Shown: piece by piece, positions 8,593 to 17,186 of the stretch
Position numbering within the stretch: position 1 is the stretch's first letter
Layout: each line of letters starts with the position of its first letter
Assembly (NCBI GenBank): GCA_044226625.1
Contig: JBGAGQ010000037.1
Location: forward strand, 1-60,182
DNA: 60,182 bases
Source: Thermoanaerobaculia bacterium
Lineage (GTDB): Bacteria > Acidobacteriota > Thermoanaerobaculia > Multivoradales > UBA5704
Direction of reading: 5' to 3'
Notes under the pieces: generated by a model
The model's input: only the letters and a program-made list of their open reading frames with translations
The model's database searches: none
What the model was told of the DNA's origin: nothing
Position numbers and translations under genes: made by a program

Positions 8593-9063
8593 TCAGTTGC
8601 CGCCGGCGGGCGGCCCTTTCGGTCCGAACAGCTCGTGCATCTCGACCGGCACGCTCCCCTTCGCCTGGGGATCTTCGCGCCAGGCGAGGACGTTCCGGTG
8701 GGCGATCAGGCGCGACCCCATCGGCGTCTCGAGGCCGGTCGCGCGGTGATAGGTCGCCTGGTCGGCGCGGAGCCACTCCCCGCTCCGATGATCGGCGACG
8801 TAGGCGACCGCGCCGGACGGCAGGCTGGTCTGCGCCGCCAGATAGTCGCGCAGGCAGCCGATCTCGTCGAAGAACTTCGGCTCCTCGTTCGGCGCCACGA
8901 GCTGCGCCGCGAGCCTGTGGTCGGAGATCGCCATGCGGCACCAGGCACAGCTGTCGTTGTGGAGATCCAGGTCCTCCGGGGCCGGCATCCCTCCGGCGCA
9001 GCCGAGCGCCACGCACAGCGCGAGGAGCAGCGGACCGTGGACGACGTTTCGTTTGGGTTTCAT
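8593..9063 (-). CDS. nosL: Copper chaperone lipoprotein NosL
   Basis: Lipobox ALGC; CAWCRMAI, FDEIGCL, TPMGS. Confidence 0.92.
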   Translation of the reverse strand: MKPKRNVVHGPLLLALCVALGCAGGMPAPEDLDLHNDSCAWCRMAISDHRLAAQLVAPNEEPKFFDEIGCLRDYLAAQTSLPSGAVAYVADHRSGEWLRADQATYHRATGLETPMGSRLIAHRNVLAWREDPQAKGSVPVEMHELFGPKGPPAGGN

Positions 9064-10007
9064 GGAGTGTCCTCCTTCTGACGAACGATCTTCGACCCGG
9101 CTCCGCCGCGGTCCGCGAGCTCGACCAGCTCCAGATAGAGCTCGTCGAGCCGCCCTTCTTCGGCGGTGAGACCGCTGATCCGCGCTCCCGCCTCGCGCAC
9201 CAGGTCGAGTACCGTCGGACGCATCGCCGCGGGCCCGGGCACGCGAAGCTCGTCGTCCGACCAAGCCGCCTCGGGAGCGAGCCGACGGACCGCTTCGAGC
9301 AGCCCCGGCGGCCGGTTCTCGAAGCGGAGGCGCAGCACCCCGCGCGACGCGAGCCGGTCGGCGAGCTCGCGCTCGGAGAGCGTCGCCACGAGCCGCCCTT
9401 CGACCAGCACCATGAAGCGATCGGCCAGCCGCTCCACGTCGCCGAGGTGATGCGAGGTGAAGAGCACCGCCCGGCCCGCGCTGCGGCCGTCGCGGACCAG
9501 GTCGTAGAAAGCGGCGAGGCCGGAGGGATCGAGCGCCGCGGTCGGCTCGTCCAGCAACAGGACGGGCGCTTCGGGCAGCGCGGCGACCGCGAGGCCGAGG
9601 CGCTGCACCATGCCGCCGGAATACGTGCCCACCGCCCGAACCCCCGCGCCGTTGAGCGAGGCGAGGCGCAAGACCTCGTCGCTTCGCGCGGGTGGGGCGC
9701 CGCGGAGCGCGCGGAAGAACTCGACGACCTCGCGTCCCGAGAGCGCCTCGGGAAACGAGACCCGCTGCGGCAGGTACGAGAGGATGCGGCGCGCCGCGGG
9801 ATCGGACGCCGGCAAGGCGCCCTCTCCGAGGAGCACGCCGCCGGCGCTGGGATGAAGCAGACCCGCGGCGGCCTTGAGGCAGGTCGTCTTGCCCGAGCCG
9901 TTCGGTCCGAGCAGGGCGACCACCTCCCCCGCTTCGACTTCGAACGAGACGTCTTCGACCGCCAGGCGATCGCCGTAACGCTTGGTGAAGCGGTCGAAGC
10001 GGATCAT
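9060..10007 (-). CDS. nosF: ABC transporter ATPase NosF
   Basis: Walker A GPNGSGKT, signature YSGGMVQR, Walker B LLLDEP; ATGA overlaps at both ends. Confidence 0.92.
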   Translation of the reverse strand: MIRFDRFTKRYGDRLAVEDVSFEVEAGEVVALLGPNGSGKTTCLKAAAGLLHPSAGGVLLGEGALPASDPAARRILSYLPQRVSFPEALSGREVVEFFRALRGAPPARSDEVLRLASLNGAGVRAVGTYSGGMVQRLGLAVAALPEAPVLLLDEPTAALDPSGLAAFYDLVRDGRSAGRAVLFTSHHLGDVERLADRFMVLVEGRLVATLSERELADRLASRGVLRLRFENRPPGLLEAVRRLAPEAAWSDDELRVPGPAAMRPTVLDLVREAGARISGLTAEEGRLDELYLELVELADRGGAGSKIVRQKEDTP

Positions 10008-11407
10008 CGAGGTCCTTTCAAGCCACGCGAGAGGACGAGCGAGCCCAGGCTCACCGCGGCGAGCGAAACGGCGAGGCCCTTGGCGTCGGCGGTTCTCTCC
10101 CGCTCGTCGGGGCGCGGCACGCGCGGCAGCGACGGGGGGCGGGCGAGCGGATTGGGGTCCTCGACCGGCAGCGCCTCGAGCACCGGAAACGCCTCTTCGG
10201 CAAGCGCCAGCGCGGAGGCGGCGAAGCCCTCCGCCATCAAATCGGCGGCCGTGAGATTGCCGCGGAAGTGGTCGAAGACGTCGCTCAGGCGGTAGGGTCG
10301 ATCGCTCCGTCCGTCGCCGTCCAGATCGGGGACGCGATCGTCGGACCAGTAGTTCCCTTCGAACCGGGTATCGGTGCGCCGCCCGACCAGGTTGAGCGGC
10401 GAGAGGTTGCCGACGAACGAGTTGCCCAGGAACCGGTTGTCGCCGCACGAGTCGTAGAGCACGAGCGCGGCGTCCGACTCGGCGATGACGTTGCCGCGGA
10501 AGAGGTTGTGGTACGAGCCTTCGAGGAAGATTCCGCGGGCGTTGTCGGCGATCAGGTTGTCTTCGGCCACGATGTCGTCGCACGCCTTGAGCAGCAGGCC
10601 TACCGACGCGAAGCCGCGGTTGTGAAGGAAGCGGTTGCGCCGGAACACGATCCGCTTCGAGTACATGAGCGCCGTGCCCGCCGCGCCGTTTTCGAACGTG
10701 TTGTCCTCGAACAGGTTGTCGTCGGAGAACATGTAGTGCAGGCCGTACCGCAGGTCGCGCGCCGTGTTGCCGCGGATGACGCCGTGCGACGAAGACTGGA
10801 TGTAGACGCCGTCGCGCACGTCGACGATCACGTTGCCGGTGAGCTGGAAGCCCTGGGTGTTCCAGACGTGGAGGCCCGACCCCTTCTCCCCCGGCTCCTT
10901 GCCCGGAATGCCCTGCACCGTGGACCTCTCGACCACCGCGCCGTCCGCCTCGCGCAGGTAGATGCCGAACAGGCTGCCGGCGACCCGGCAGTCGCGGATC
11001 GTCGCCGCCTTGCCCGAGACGTGAATTCCGGAGGTGTCCCGCCCGAGATCGCCGCCGCCGCGGCCGTCGACGTCGAAACCCTCGACCGTGACCCGATCGG
11101 CGCGCACCCGTACCACGCTGCCCGAGCCCGAGCCGACCAGCCGCGGTCGCCCCTTGCCCACCAGCCGGAGCGGTCGGTCGATCACCAGATCGCCCCGGTA
11201 GATGCCAGCGGGCACGACCACCGTCGAGCCCGGCGGCGCGGCGTCGATCCGCGCCTGGAGCGGCGAGGCGTCGCGCGCGGCCGGCCGCCCTTCGAGCGTC
11301 GTCGCGGCCGGCATCGCGTCCGACGGCTCGGCGGCGCTTAGAGCACCAGCGCTCGTGGCGGTCCCCACGAACAGGACCAGCGCGAGGCCCCAGGCGGCCC
11401 GGCTCAT
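10004..11407 (-). CDS. nosD: NosZ maturation protein NosD (beta-helix)
   Basis: Signal peptide; VRDGVYI, LRYGLHYMFSDDN, ALMYSKR, GNYWSD...DLDGDG. Confidence 0.95.
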   Translation of the reverse strand: MSRAAWGLALVLFVGTATSAGALSAAEPSDAMPAATTLEGRPAARDASPLQARIDAAPPGSTVVVPAGIYRGDLVIDRPLRLVGKGRPRLVGSGSGSVVRVRADRVTVEGFDVDGRGGGDLGRDTSGIHVSGKAATIRDCRVAGSLFGIYLREADGAVVERSTVQGIPGKEPGEKGSGLHVWNTQGFQLTGNVIVDVRDGVYIQSSSHGVIRGNTARDLRYGLHYMFSDDNLFEDNTFENGAAGTALMYSKRIVFRRNRFLHNRGFASVGLLLKACDDIVAEDNLIADNARGIFLEGSYHNLFRGNVIAESDAALVLYDSCGDNRFLGNSFVGNLSPLNLVGRRTDTRFEGNYWSDDRVPDLDGDGRSDRPYRLSDVFDHFRGNLTAADLMAEGFAASALALAEEAFPVLEALPVEDPNPLARPPSLPRVPRPDERERTADAKGLAVSLAAVSLGSLVLSRGLKGPR

Positions 11408-12036
11408 CGCGGCTCCCAGCTCCTCGCGCCGCGCCAACCGAGCGCGAGCGCCGCAAAGAGCAGCAGGGCCACCGCCCCGAGACAGTACGAGGCGGCGGCG
11501 GGGTACGAATAGACCTGGAAGTTCGCGAGCTGCTTGAAGCCGAACAGCGGCGGCATGAACGGCGGCACTTTGACCGCCGCCGTGGGCAGCAGGTGATGCC
11601 CGTAGCTCCAGAGCTTGTGGGCGAACGACCAGAGCGAGAAACCCGCGAAGTAGACGTAGAGCACGACCACGTCGACCAGCTTGCCGAGCTCGCCATGGAC
11701 CGCGGCGCGCAGGAATAGCAGGCCGAGCCCGCCGATCGCGAGCGGCAGCCAATGGAACTCGGTGAAATCGTCGGCCGCGAGGTCGTGCATGCCGATGTAG
11801 TGGTTGAGGAGGTTGATTTCCTTCAGGTCCTGGCCGGCGTTGCCGCCGACCAGTTGGTAGCTGTAGATGTGGAGGCGCAACCCGTCCGGATACTGGGGCG
11901 CGAACATCGTCATGTCCCAGAGCGGCGCGAGATAGGCCGGGATGAGCAGCAGGGCCGCGAGCACAAGCAGCAGCCGCGGCGCGCCGCCGAGCGGCGCGTG
12001 CAGCAATTTCGTCTCTCGATCCAGCTTCGTGCCCAT
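11404..12036 (-). CDS. nosB: NosB-like membrane protein of clade II nos clusters
   Basis: APQYPDGL and INLLNHYIGM motifs, ~4 TM segments, directly after nosZ. Confidence 0.85.
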   Translation of the reverse strand: MGTKLDRETKLLHAPLGGAPRLLLVLAALLLIPAYLAPLWDMTMFAPQYPDGLRLHIYSYQLVGGNAGQDLKEINLLNHYIGMHDLAADDFTEFHWLPLAIGGLGLLFLRAAVHGELGKLVDVVVLYVYFAGFSLWSFAHKLWSYGHHLLPTAAVKVPPFMPPLFGFKQLANFQVYSYPAAASYCLGAVALLLFAALALGWRGARSWEPR

Positions 12037-12092
12037 GACAAACCTCGCTTCCGCTTTCCGGACGGGAGCGCTCCCGTCCTCCGTTCAGATCG

Positions 12093-13946
12093 TCAGTTCT
12101 CGACGATCAGGTAGCCCTGCATCTCCTGGTGGAGCGCCGAGCAGAAATTGGTGCAGTAGTAGGGGTAGACGCCCGGCTTGTCAGCCTTGAAGGTGAACGT
12201 CTTCGTCTCCCCCGGATCGACCACGATGTTGACGTTGTAGTCGAGCAGGCCGAAGCCGTGCAGCTCGTCCGTGGTCTGCTCGATGTTGGTGATCGCGACG
12301 GTGACCGTGTCCCCCTTCTTCACCGAGAACGAGGTCGGCGTGATCGTCGAGCGCACTTCGACGACCTTGACCGTGACGTGATCTCCCTGCCGCGTGACTC
12401 CCGCGTCCTTGACGTCCCAGGCCGCGAGCGGATGGTGGTTCTCTTCCTTCGGATAGACCTCGATCGGATGGAGCTTGTCCGCCTTGATCATCTGGGCGTA
12501 GTGCGGCTCGGGCTCGGTGAAGGCGTCGTAGAGCAGCTTCATCTTCTCGCCCGAGATGTCGACCAGCTCGGAGGATTCCGGCTGCGACGGGCCGACCGAG
12601 AGGTGCCGGCCGTGCGACAGCTTGTTCAGACCCACCAGGTACTCGCCCTTCGGATGCGCCGTGTCCCCTTCGGCGGCCGTGAGGTGGCCAATCGAATACG
12701 ACATCGGAACCTTGTCGACCACTTCCCAAGTGCCGAGCTTCCATTTCGCGATCGCGCTGTCGACGAACAGCGAGGTGTAGGCGAAACCGTCGGGACCGAA
12801 CTGGGTGTGCAGCGGACCGAGGCCGACCGGCACCTCGGCGTCCTTGATCGACTCGTACTTCAAGACCGGAATGCCGTCCTCGTCCCCGGTGAAGTCCTTG
12901 TTGCGGATCGCCGTCTGGATCTTCTCGAAGTTGAAGACCGTGGTGACGCCCTGGAGCTTGCCCGAGCCGACGACGTACTTGCCGTCCGGCGAGACGTCGA
13001 CGCCGTGGGGCGACTTGCCGCAGGGCAGCAGATAGACGAGCCCCGGGACCTTCGCCGGATCGATCACCTTGACGCCGCCGATCAGCTCGCCCGCCCCGGC
13101 GGCCGCCGCTTTCTCCGCGGCGCGCCAGTCGATCGCCGCGATGTAGTCGCGGTCGCGCTGGGTCGAGGTCGTCTCGAGCTTGCCCGTAGCGCGCTCGGTG
13201 TTGTACGAGGTCCAGAACATCCAGCCGTCGGAGGCGCCCTTGCCCGCGTCGCCGAGGTCGTAATCGAACGGCGGCATCAAGATTTCCCAACCGAGCGAGA
13301 GCTCGCCGCTCTTCGGTTCGATCTTGATCGCGGCGACGACCCCTTTATATTGCGTGCCGTAGCTGTCGACCGGCGCCACGGTCCCCTTGGGAATCGGGAT
13401 CGAAAAACGCGAGGCCATCATGCTGTACTCGCTGTTCGGCGTGACGAATGCGGACGCGTGGTTGCCCGAGACGTTCGGCACCGGGCCGAAGATCTGCTTG
13501 GTCTTGAAATCGCGCAGGTCGATGCGCGCCACCCGGCCGTTCATCTCGTTGACGAACAGCCAACGCCCGTCGTAGTCGCCGTTGGTCTCGGAGAGCGCCG
13601 GATGGTGGACGTCGCCCCAGGTCAGATTGCCGAGCATCTTCTTCGAGTCGTCGTCGAAGCCGTAGCCGGTCGCCGGGTACGGCGTGAACACCGGAATCGT
13701 CGAGATGTGCCGCATCGACGGCACGCCGTAGACGTAGACCTGGCCGGAATGGCCGCCCGAGGCGAAGAGGTAATACTGGTCGAGGTCACCGGGGGCGACG
13801 TAGGTCTTCTGCGCCGCGTACGCGACGTCGGAGACCGCGCGCCCGGGCTCGGCTCCTTTGGGCGCCTTCGGTGCGCATCCCCAGGCGATCGCGAACAACA
13901 GGGCGGCGGATGCGATCCCGCCCACGATCAGGTTCTTCTTGCTCAT
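12093..13946 (-). CDS. nosZ: Sec-dependent clade II nitrous oxide reductase
   Basis: CuZ His motifs DVHH, GNH, PHG, PLH, GHL, EPH; CuA HGF...CTNFCSALHQEM; no twin-Arg; 617 aa; GGAGGGAG SD. Confidence 0.98.
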   Translation of the reverse strand: MSKKNLIVGGIASAALLFAIAWGCAPKAPKGAEPGRAVSDVAYAAQKTYVAPGDLDQYYLFASGGHSGQVYVYGVPSMRHISTIPVFTPYPATGYGFDDDSKKMLGNLTWGDVHHPALSETNGDYDGRWLFVNEMNGRVARIDLRDFKTKQIFGPVPNVSGNHASAFVTPNSEYSMMASRFSIPIPKGTVAPVDSYGTQYKGVVAAIKIEPKSGELSLGWEILMPPFDYDLGDAGKGASDGWMFWTSYNTERATGKLETTSTQRDRDYIAAIDWRAAEKAAAAGAGELIGGVKVIDPAKVPGLVYLLPCGKSPHGVDVSPDGKYVVGSGKLQGVTTVFNFEKIQTAIRNKDFTGDEDGIPVLKYESIKDAEVPVGLGPLHTQFGPDGFAYTSLFVDSAIAKWKLGTWEVVDKVPMSYSIGHLTAAEGDTAHPKGEYLVGLNKLSHGRHLSVGPSQPESSELVDISGEKMKLLYDAFTEPEPHYAQMIKADKLHPIEVYPKEENHHPLAAWDVKDAGVTRQGDHVTVKVVEVRSTITPTSFSVKKGDTVTVAITNIEQTTDELHGFGLLDYNVNIVVDPGETKTFTFKADKPGVYPYYCTNFCSALHQEMQGYLIVEN

Positions 13947-13997
13947 TTCGTTCTCCCTCCCAGCGGTTGGTTCGCAGTACTCCGTCCGCACGCCGGG

Positions 13998-15281
13998 CTA
14001 ATGGCCCGGGAGCGCGCCGGCAACCGGAGCGGCCGACGGATTCGAGGCGGCGAGCGATGCCGGGGCGGCCGATGCCCCACCCGCCGCGGTTTGACGTTGG
14101 TGCTCGAGGAAAGCCTCGCGAAGCTTCTGCACCGCGATCGCCTTCTCTTCGGGCGACAAGATGATTTGGCGCGACAGGACCACCGACATCGTGCCGGTCG
14201 GCTCGCGCAGGAAGTCGTCGATCGTCCGGCCGAAGCGCGATTGCACGTCCTCGACCGCGGTCGAAAGGTCGGGGCCGATCTGCGCCGGGCTCGTGACGCC
14301 GAGCGAAGAGATCGAGTGGCAGACGAAGCAGCCGGTCTTGACGAACCAGGCGCCGGGACCGTTCTTCATCGCCGCTTCCTTCGCGGCCTCTTCCGGCGTC
14401 GTCGGATCGGTGCGCGGCGCGCCGGCGAGGTATTGGGCCGGCAGGTCGCTCCGCTTCCACGACAGGACGAGCATGGCGAGCGCCTGCGCCTCCTCGGTCG
14501 TGAAATCGAAGCTCGGCATCACCGTGTCCTCGACCATCGCGCGCGGGTTCTTGAAGTGCGCCACGTGCCAGGCGAACGCCGTCTTCTGGCCGAACGTGCG
14601 GCTGTAGTCGTACTGCTCGGGCGCCTTGTCGCCCACGTTCGTGAGATCGGGGCCGATCGTGCCGCCGCGACCGTTGATCACGTGACAGGCGCGGCAACCC
14701 TTGCTCTGCACCAGCGCCTTCGCCCGATCGATCGCCGCCATCCCCGGCGTCTCGCGGTCGTAGCGGTGACATACGTTGCAATTCATTTGGAGCAGGGAGC
14801 CTCGATCGCCCGCGAGCGTGTAGGCCTCGCCGAGCCGTCGTCCGAGGAGCGGCTCTTCCCAATGGGCCATCTCGCCGTGCGCCGCGGCGGTGTCGATCGC
14901 CCATCCCTGACCGCCGTGGCACGGGGTACAGCCGAACTTCTCGACCGGATGTTTGGCGAGCGGCTCGACCGGGTGCGTGCGGAACGGCTCCTCGGCGTTC
15001 TCGAAGCCTTTCCAGGTCGTCGCCTGATGGCAGGTGATGCAGCGGTCCGCGCGTCCGAGGTCGGCGATCCAGTGCTGCTCGATTCCTGCCGGGATCGATT
15101 TGGCTTTGTCCGCGCCGTACTTTTCGCTTACCTGGCGGCGGAATTCGTACTGGTAATAACGCCAGTCGTGCACCCGGTCGCGCCAGGCGAAGAGGGCGGT
15201 CGAAATCACCAGCGCCACGCCGACCAGGGCGAGGATCGGCCGATCGCGGCGCGGGTAGGGCGAGCTCGTGCGCTGTTCCAT
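13998..15281 (-). CDS. Membrane-anchored pentaheme cytochrome c
   Basis: N-terminal TM helix; CITCH, CTPCH, CNVCH, CRACH, CFVCH; starts 2 nt after cyt b stop. Confidence 0.92.
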   Translation of the reverse strand: MEQRTSSPYPRRDRPILALVGVALVISTALFAWRDRVHDWRYYQYEFRRQVSEKYGADKAKSIPAGIEQHWIADLGRADRCITCHQATTWKGFENAEEPFRTHPVEPLAKHPVEKFGCTPCHGGQGWAIDTAAAHGEMAHWEEPLLGRRLGEAYTLAGDRGSLLQMNCNVCHRYDRETPGMAAIDRAKALVQSKGCRACHVINGRGGTIGPDLTNVGDKAPEQYDYSRTFGQKTAFAWHVAHFKNPRAMVEDTVMPSFDFTTEEAQALAMLVLSWKRSDLPAQYLAGAPRTDPTTPEEAAKEAAMKNGPGAWFVKTGCFVCHSISSLGVTSPAQIGPDLSTAVEDVQSRFGRTIDDFLREPTGTMSVVLSRQIILSPEEKAIAVQKLREAFLEHQRQTAAGGASAAPASLAASNPSAAPVAGALPGH

Positions 15282-15283
15282 GG

Positions 15284-16642
15284 TCAGATCCTCGACGGGA
15301 CTTCGGGCCAGCTCTCCCAGGGCCAATAGAAATGCCAGTAGGGGCCGCGGCAGAGGGTGCCCACGAGAGTGAGCCCGAGGATCAAGAGACAGAGGAGGAG
15401 GAAGACGAGGTTCTGCCGCTTGCGCTCCGCCGCGAACCAGGCGCCGGTCGCCTCGCGCGAGCTGCGGTCGAGCCAGGGCCAGACCGTGAGCAGGCCGACG
15501 AGCAGGCCCGGCAGGATCACGCCGCCCAGGAACGCGCCGTTGATCGTGAAGCTCCCGAGGTGGATCGTCGTGTCGGTGACGATCTCCTGCAGCCAGAGGA
15601 AGTACCAGGGCGCCTTGGCCGGGTTCGGGGTGACCAGCGGGTTCGCCGGCTCTTCGAGCGGCGACGGGATGAACAGGGCGAGCGAGCCGACCAGCGCGAG
15701 CGTGCCGAGGACGACGATCGCCGCGCGGCGCAGCAGATCGGGGACGGAGTTGACCGTCGCGTCCGGCGCGTCGAGCGTCGCGGCGTGGATGCGCGGCGAC
15801 GTGCCGCGCGCGACACCGAGCAAGGTGTAGGTCTTCGTCTTGCCCGCGGGGATCTCGCGCTTCTCGGCCAGCAAGACCGAGCGGTCCGCCCGCGCGAGCC
15901 CGCCGTCCTTGCGGATGCGCCACATGTGGTAGAGGAACAGGCCGCCGAGCAGGCCGGGCAGCGCGAGGACGTGCAGGACGTAGAAGCGGATCAACGTCGG
16001 CTGCTCGATCGTGCGGCCGCCGATCAGCAGCTCGCGGACCGAGGCGCCGATCCAGGGGATCGACGAGGCGATGTTGGTCCCCACGGTGACCGCCCAGTAG
16101 GCGAGCTGGTCCCATGGGAGCAGATAGCCGGTGAACGAGAGGAACAACGTCGCGAGGAACATCGCGACGCCGATCACCCAGTTCCAACGCCGCTCCTGGC
16201 CGCGACCGACGCCGTTCTTGTAGGCGCCGGTGAGGAAGACGCGCGCCAGGTGGAGGAAGGCGACCGCCACCATCAGGTGCGCGGAGATCCGATGCACGGC
16301 GCGGATCCACGAGCCGAAGGCCACGACGTATTCGATGTCCTTGACCGAGGCGTACGCCCGCTCGACCGAGGGGATGTAAAGGAAGAGGAGCGGCCCGCCC
16401 GAGAGGATCAGCAGCAGGAGGAGCGCGGCCGACACCGTGCCGAGCCAGTAGGAGTAGTTCCAGTCGAGCGACGACTTCGCGATCTTCGCCGGGAACCAAT
16501 GGAGCAAAAAGTTCGAGACCACCGCGTCGCCCGCCTCGCGGTCGGAGCGCGGGCGCAGGCTCCAGAACCTCCGCGGGTGGACGCCCGGCGCGGACGGCGC
16601 GATCGTCGCGAGATCGGTGGGGATCGGTTTCGGCTCGGCCAT
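15284..16642 (-). CDS. Cytochrome b of a Rieske/cyt b complex (b6-like domain fused to subunit IV-like domain)
   Basis: His pairs HRISAHLMVAVAFLH and HVLALPGLLGGLFLYH; FTGYLLPWDQLAYWA; KAPWYF at the PEWY position. Confidence 0.93.
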   Translation of the reverse strand: MAEPKPIPTDLATIAPSAPGVHPRRFWSLRPRSDREAGDAVVSNFLLHWFPAKIAKSSLDWNYSYWLGTVSAALLLLLILSGGPLLFLYIPSVERAYASVKDIEYVVAFGSWIRAVHRISAHLMVAVAFLHLARVFLTGAYKNGVGRGQERRWNWVIGVAMFLATLFLSFTGYLLPWDQLAYWAVTVGTNIASSIPWIGASVRELLIGGRTIEQPTLIRFYVLHVLALPGLLGGLFLYHMWRIRKDGGLARADRSVLLAEKREIPAGKTKTYTLLGVARGTSPRIHAATLDAPDATVNSVPDLLRRAAIVVLGTLALVGSLALFIPSPLEEPANPLVTPNPAKAPWYFLWLQEIVTDTTIHLGSFTINGAFLGGVILPGLLVGLLTVWPWLDRSSREATGAWFAAERKRQNLVFLLLCLLILGLTLVGTLCRGPYWHFYWPWESWPEVPSRI

Positions 16643-16652
16643 GGCGACTCCC

Positions 16653-17186
16653 CTACGCCAGCGTCAGGCGGAAATCGGGATCGACTTCGGCCGCGAGATC
16701 GACCACCAGTTGGCTGTCGTCGGGAGAGACCGAAAGGCGATACCAGGTGAGCGGTTTGGGCGCCGGGCCGGAGACGTTGGTCCCGTCGCCGTCGTAGCGC
16801 GAGCCGTGGCAGGGGCAGAGGAAGCGATGGGTCAAACGGAGCGGGGCGCCGCCGACCTCCTTGGTCTCCGGACGCGACAGAGCCTCCGCCCGGACCGTGC
16901 AGCCGAGGTGGGTGCAGACCGCCGAGATCGCATGGAAGGTCTTGCCGTCGCGAAAGACGAAGAGCCGTTGATCGGGAAGGTATTTGAGACCGTCGGGAAA
17001 CTCTTGGGTGAGACCGAGCTTCACGGTCGTCGGAGCGTCGTAGGAGACGTTCGGAACCAGCGATCGAAGCGAGGCGACCGCCTGGCCGCCGAGCGCCGCG
17101 ATGCCGGCGCCCGTGCCCAGTTTCAGGAGGAAATCCCGGCGGCTCTCTCCGCGCGCCGTTTCGGCCGTGGGTTGCTCGTCGCTCAT
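16653..17186 (-). CDS. Rieske [2Fe-2S] protein, Tat-exported
   Basis: SRRDFL; CTHLGC and CPCHGSRY. Confidence 0.95.
   Translation of the reverse strand: MSDEQPTAETARGESRRDFLLKLGTGAGIAALGGQAVASLRSLVPNVSYDAPTTVKLGLTQEFPDGLKYLPDQRLFVFRDGKTFHAISAVCTHLGCTVRAEALSRPETKEVGGAPLRLTHRFLCPCHGSRYDGDGTNVSGPAPKPLTWYRLSVSPDDSQLVVDLAAEVDPDFRLTLA

Noticed and set aside
12093-13946. Clade I or cytochrome-c-fused NosZ
   Set aside because: No twin-arginine signal, no C-terminal CxxCH, and nosB present
9060-16499. Apparent giant fusion ORFs 9060-11696 and 13998-16499 (also 26575-29340, 36637-39507)
   Set aside because: N-terminal extensions overlap other real genes in a different frame or strand; internal starts with coupling, SD or -10 fit better
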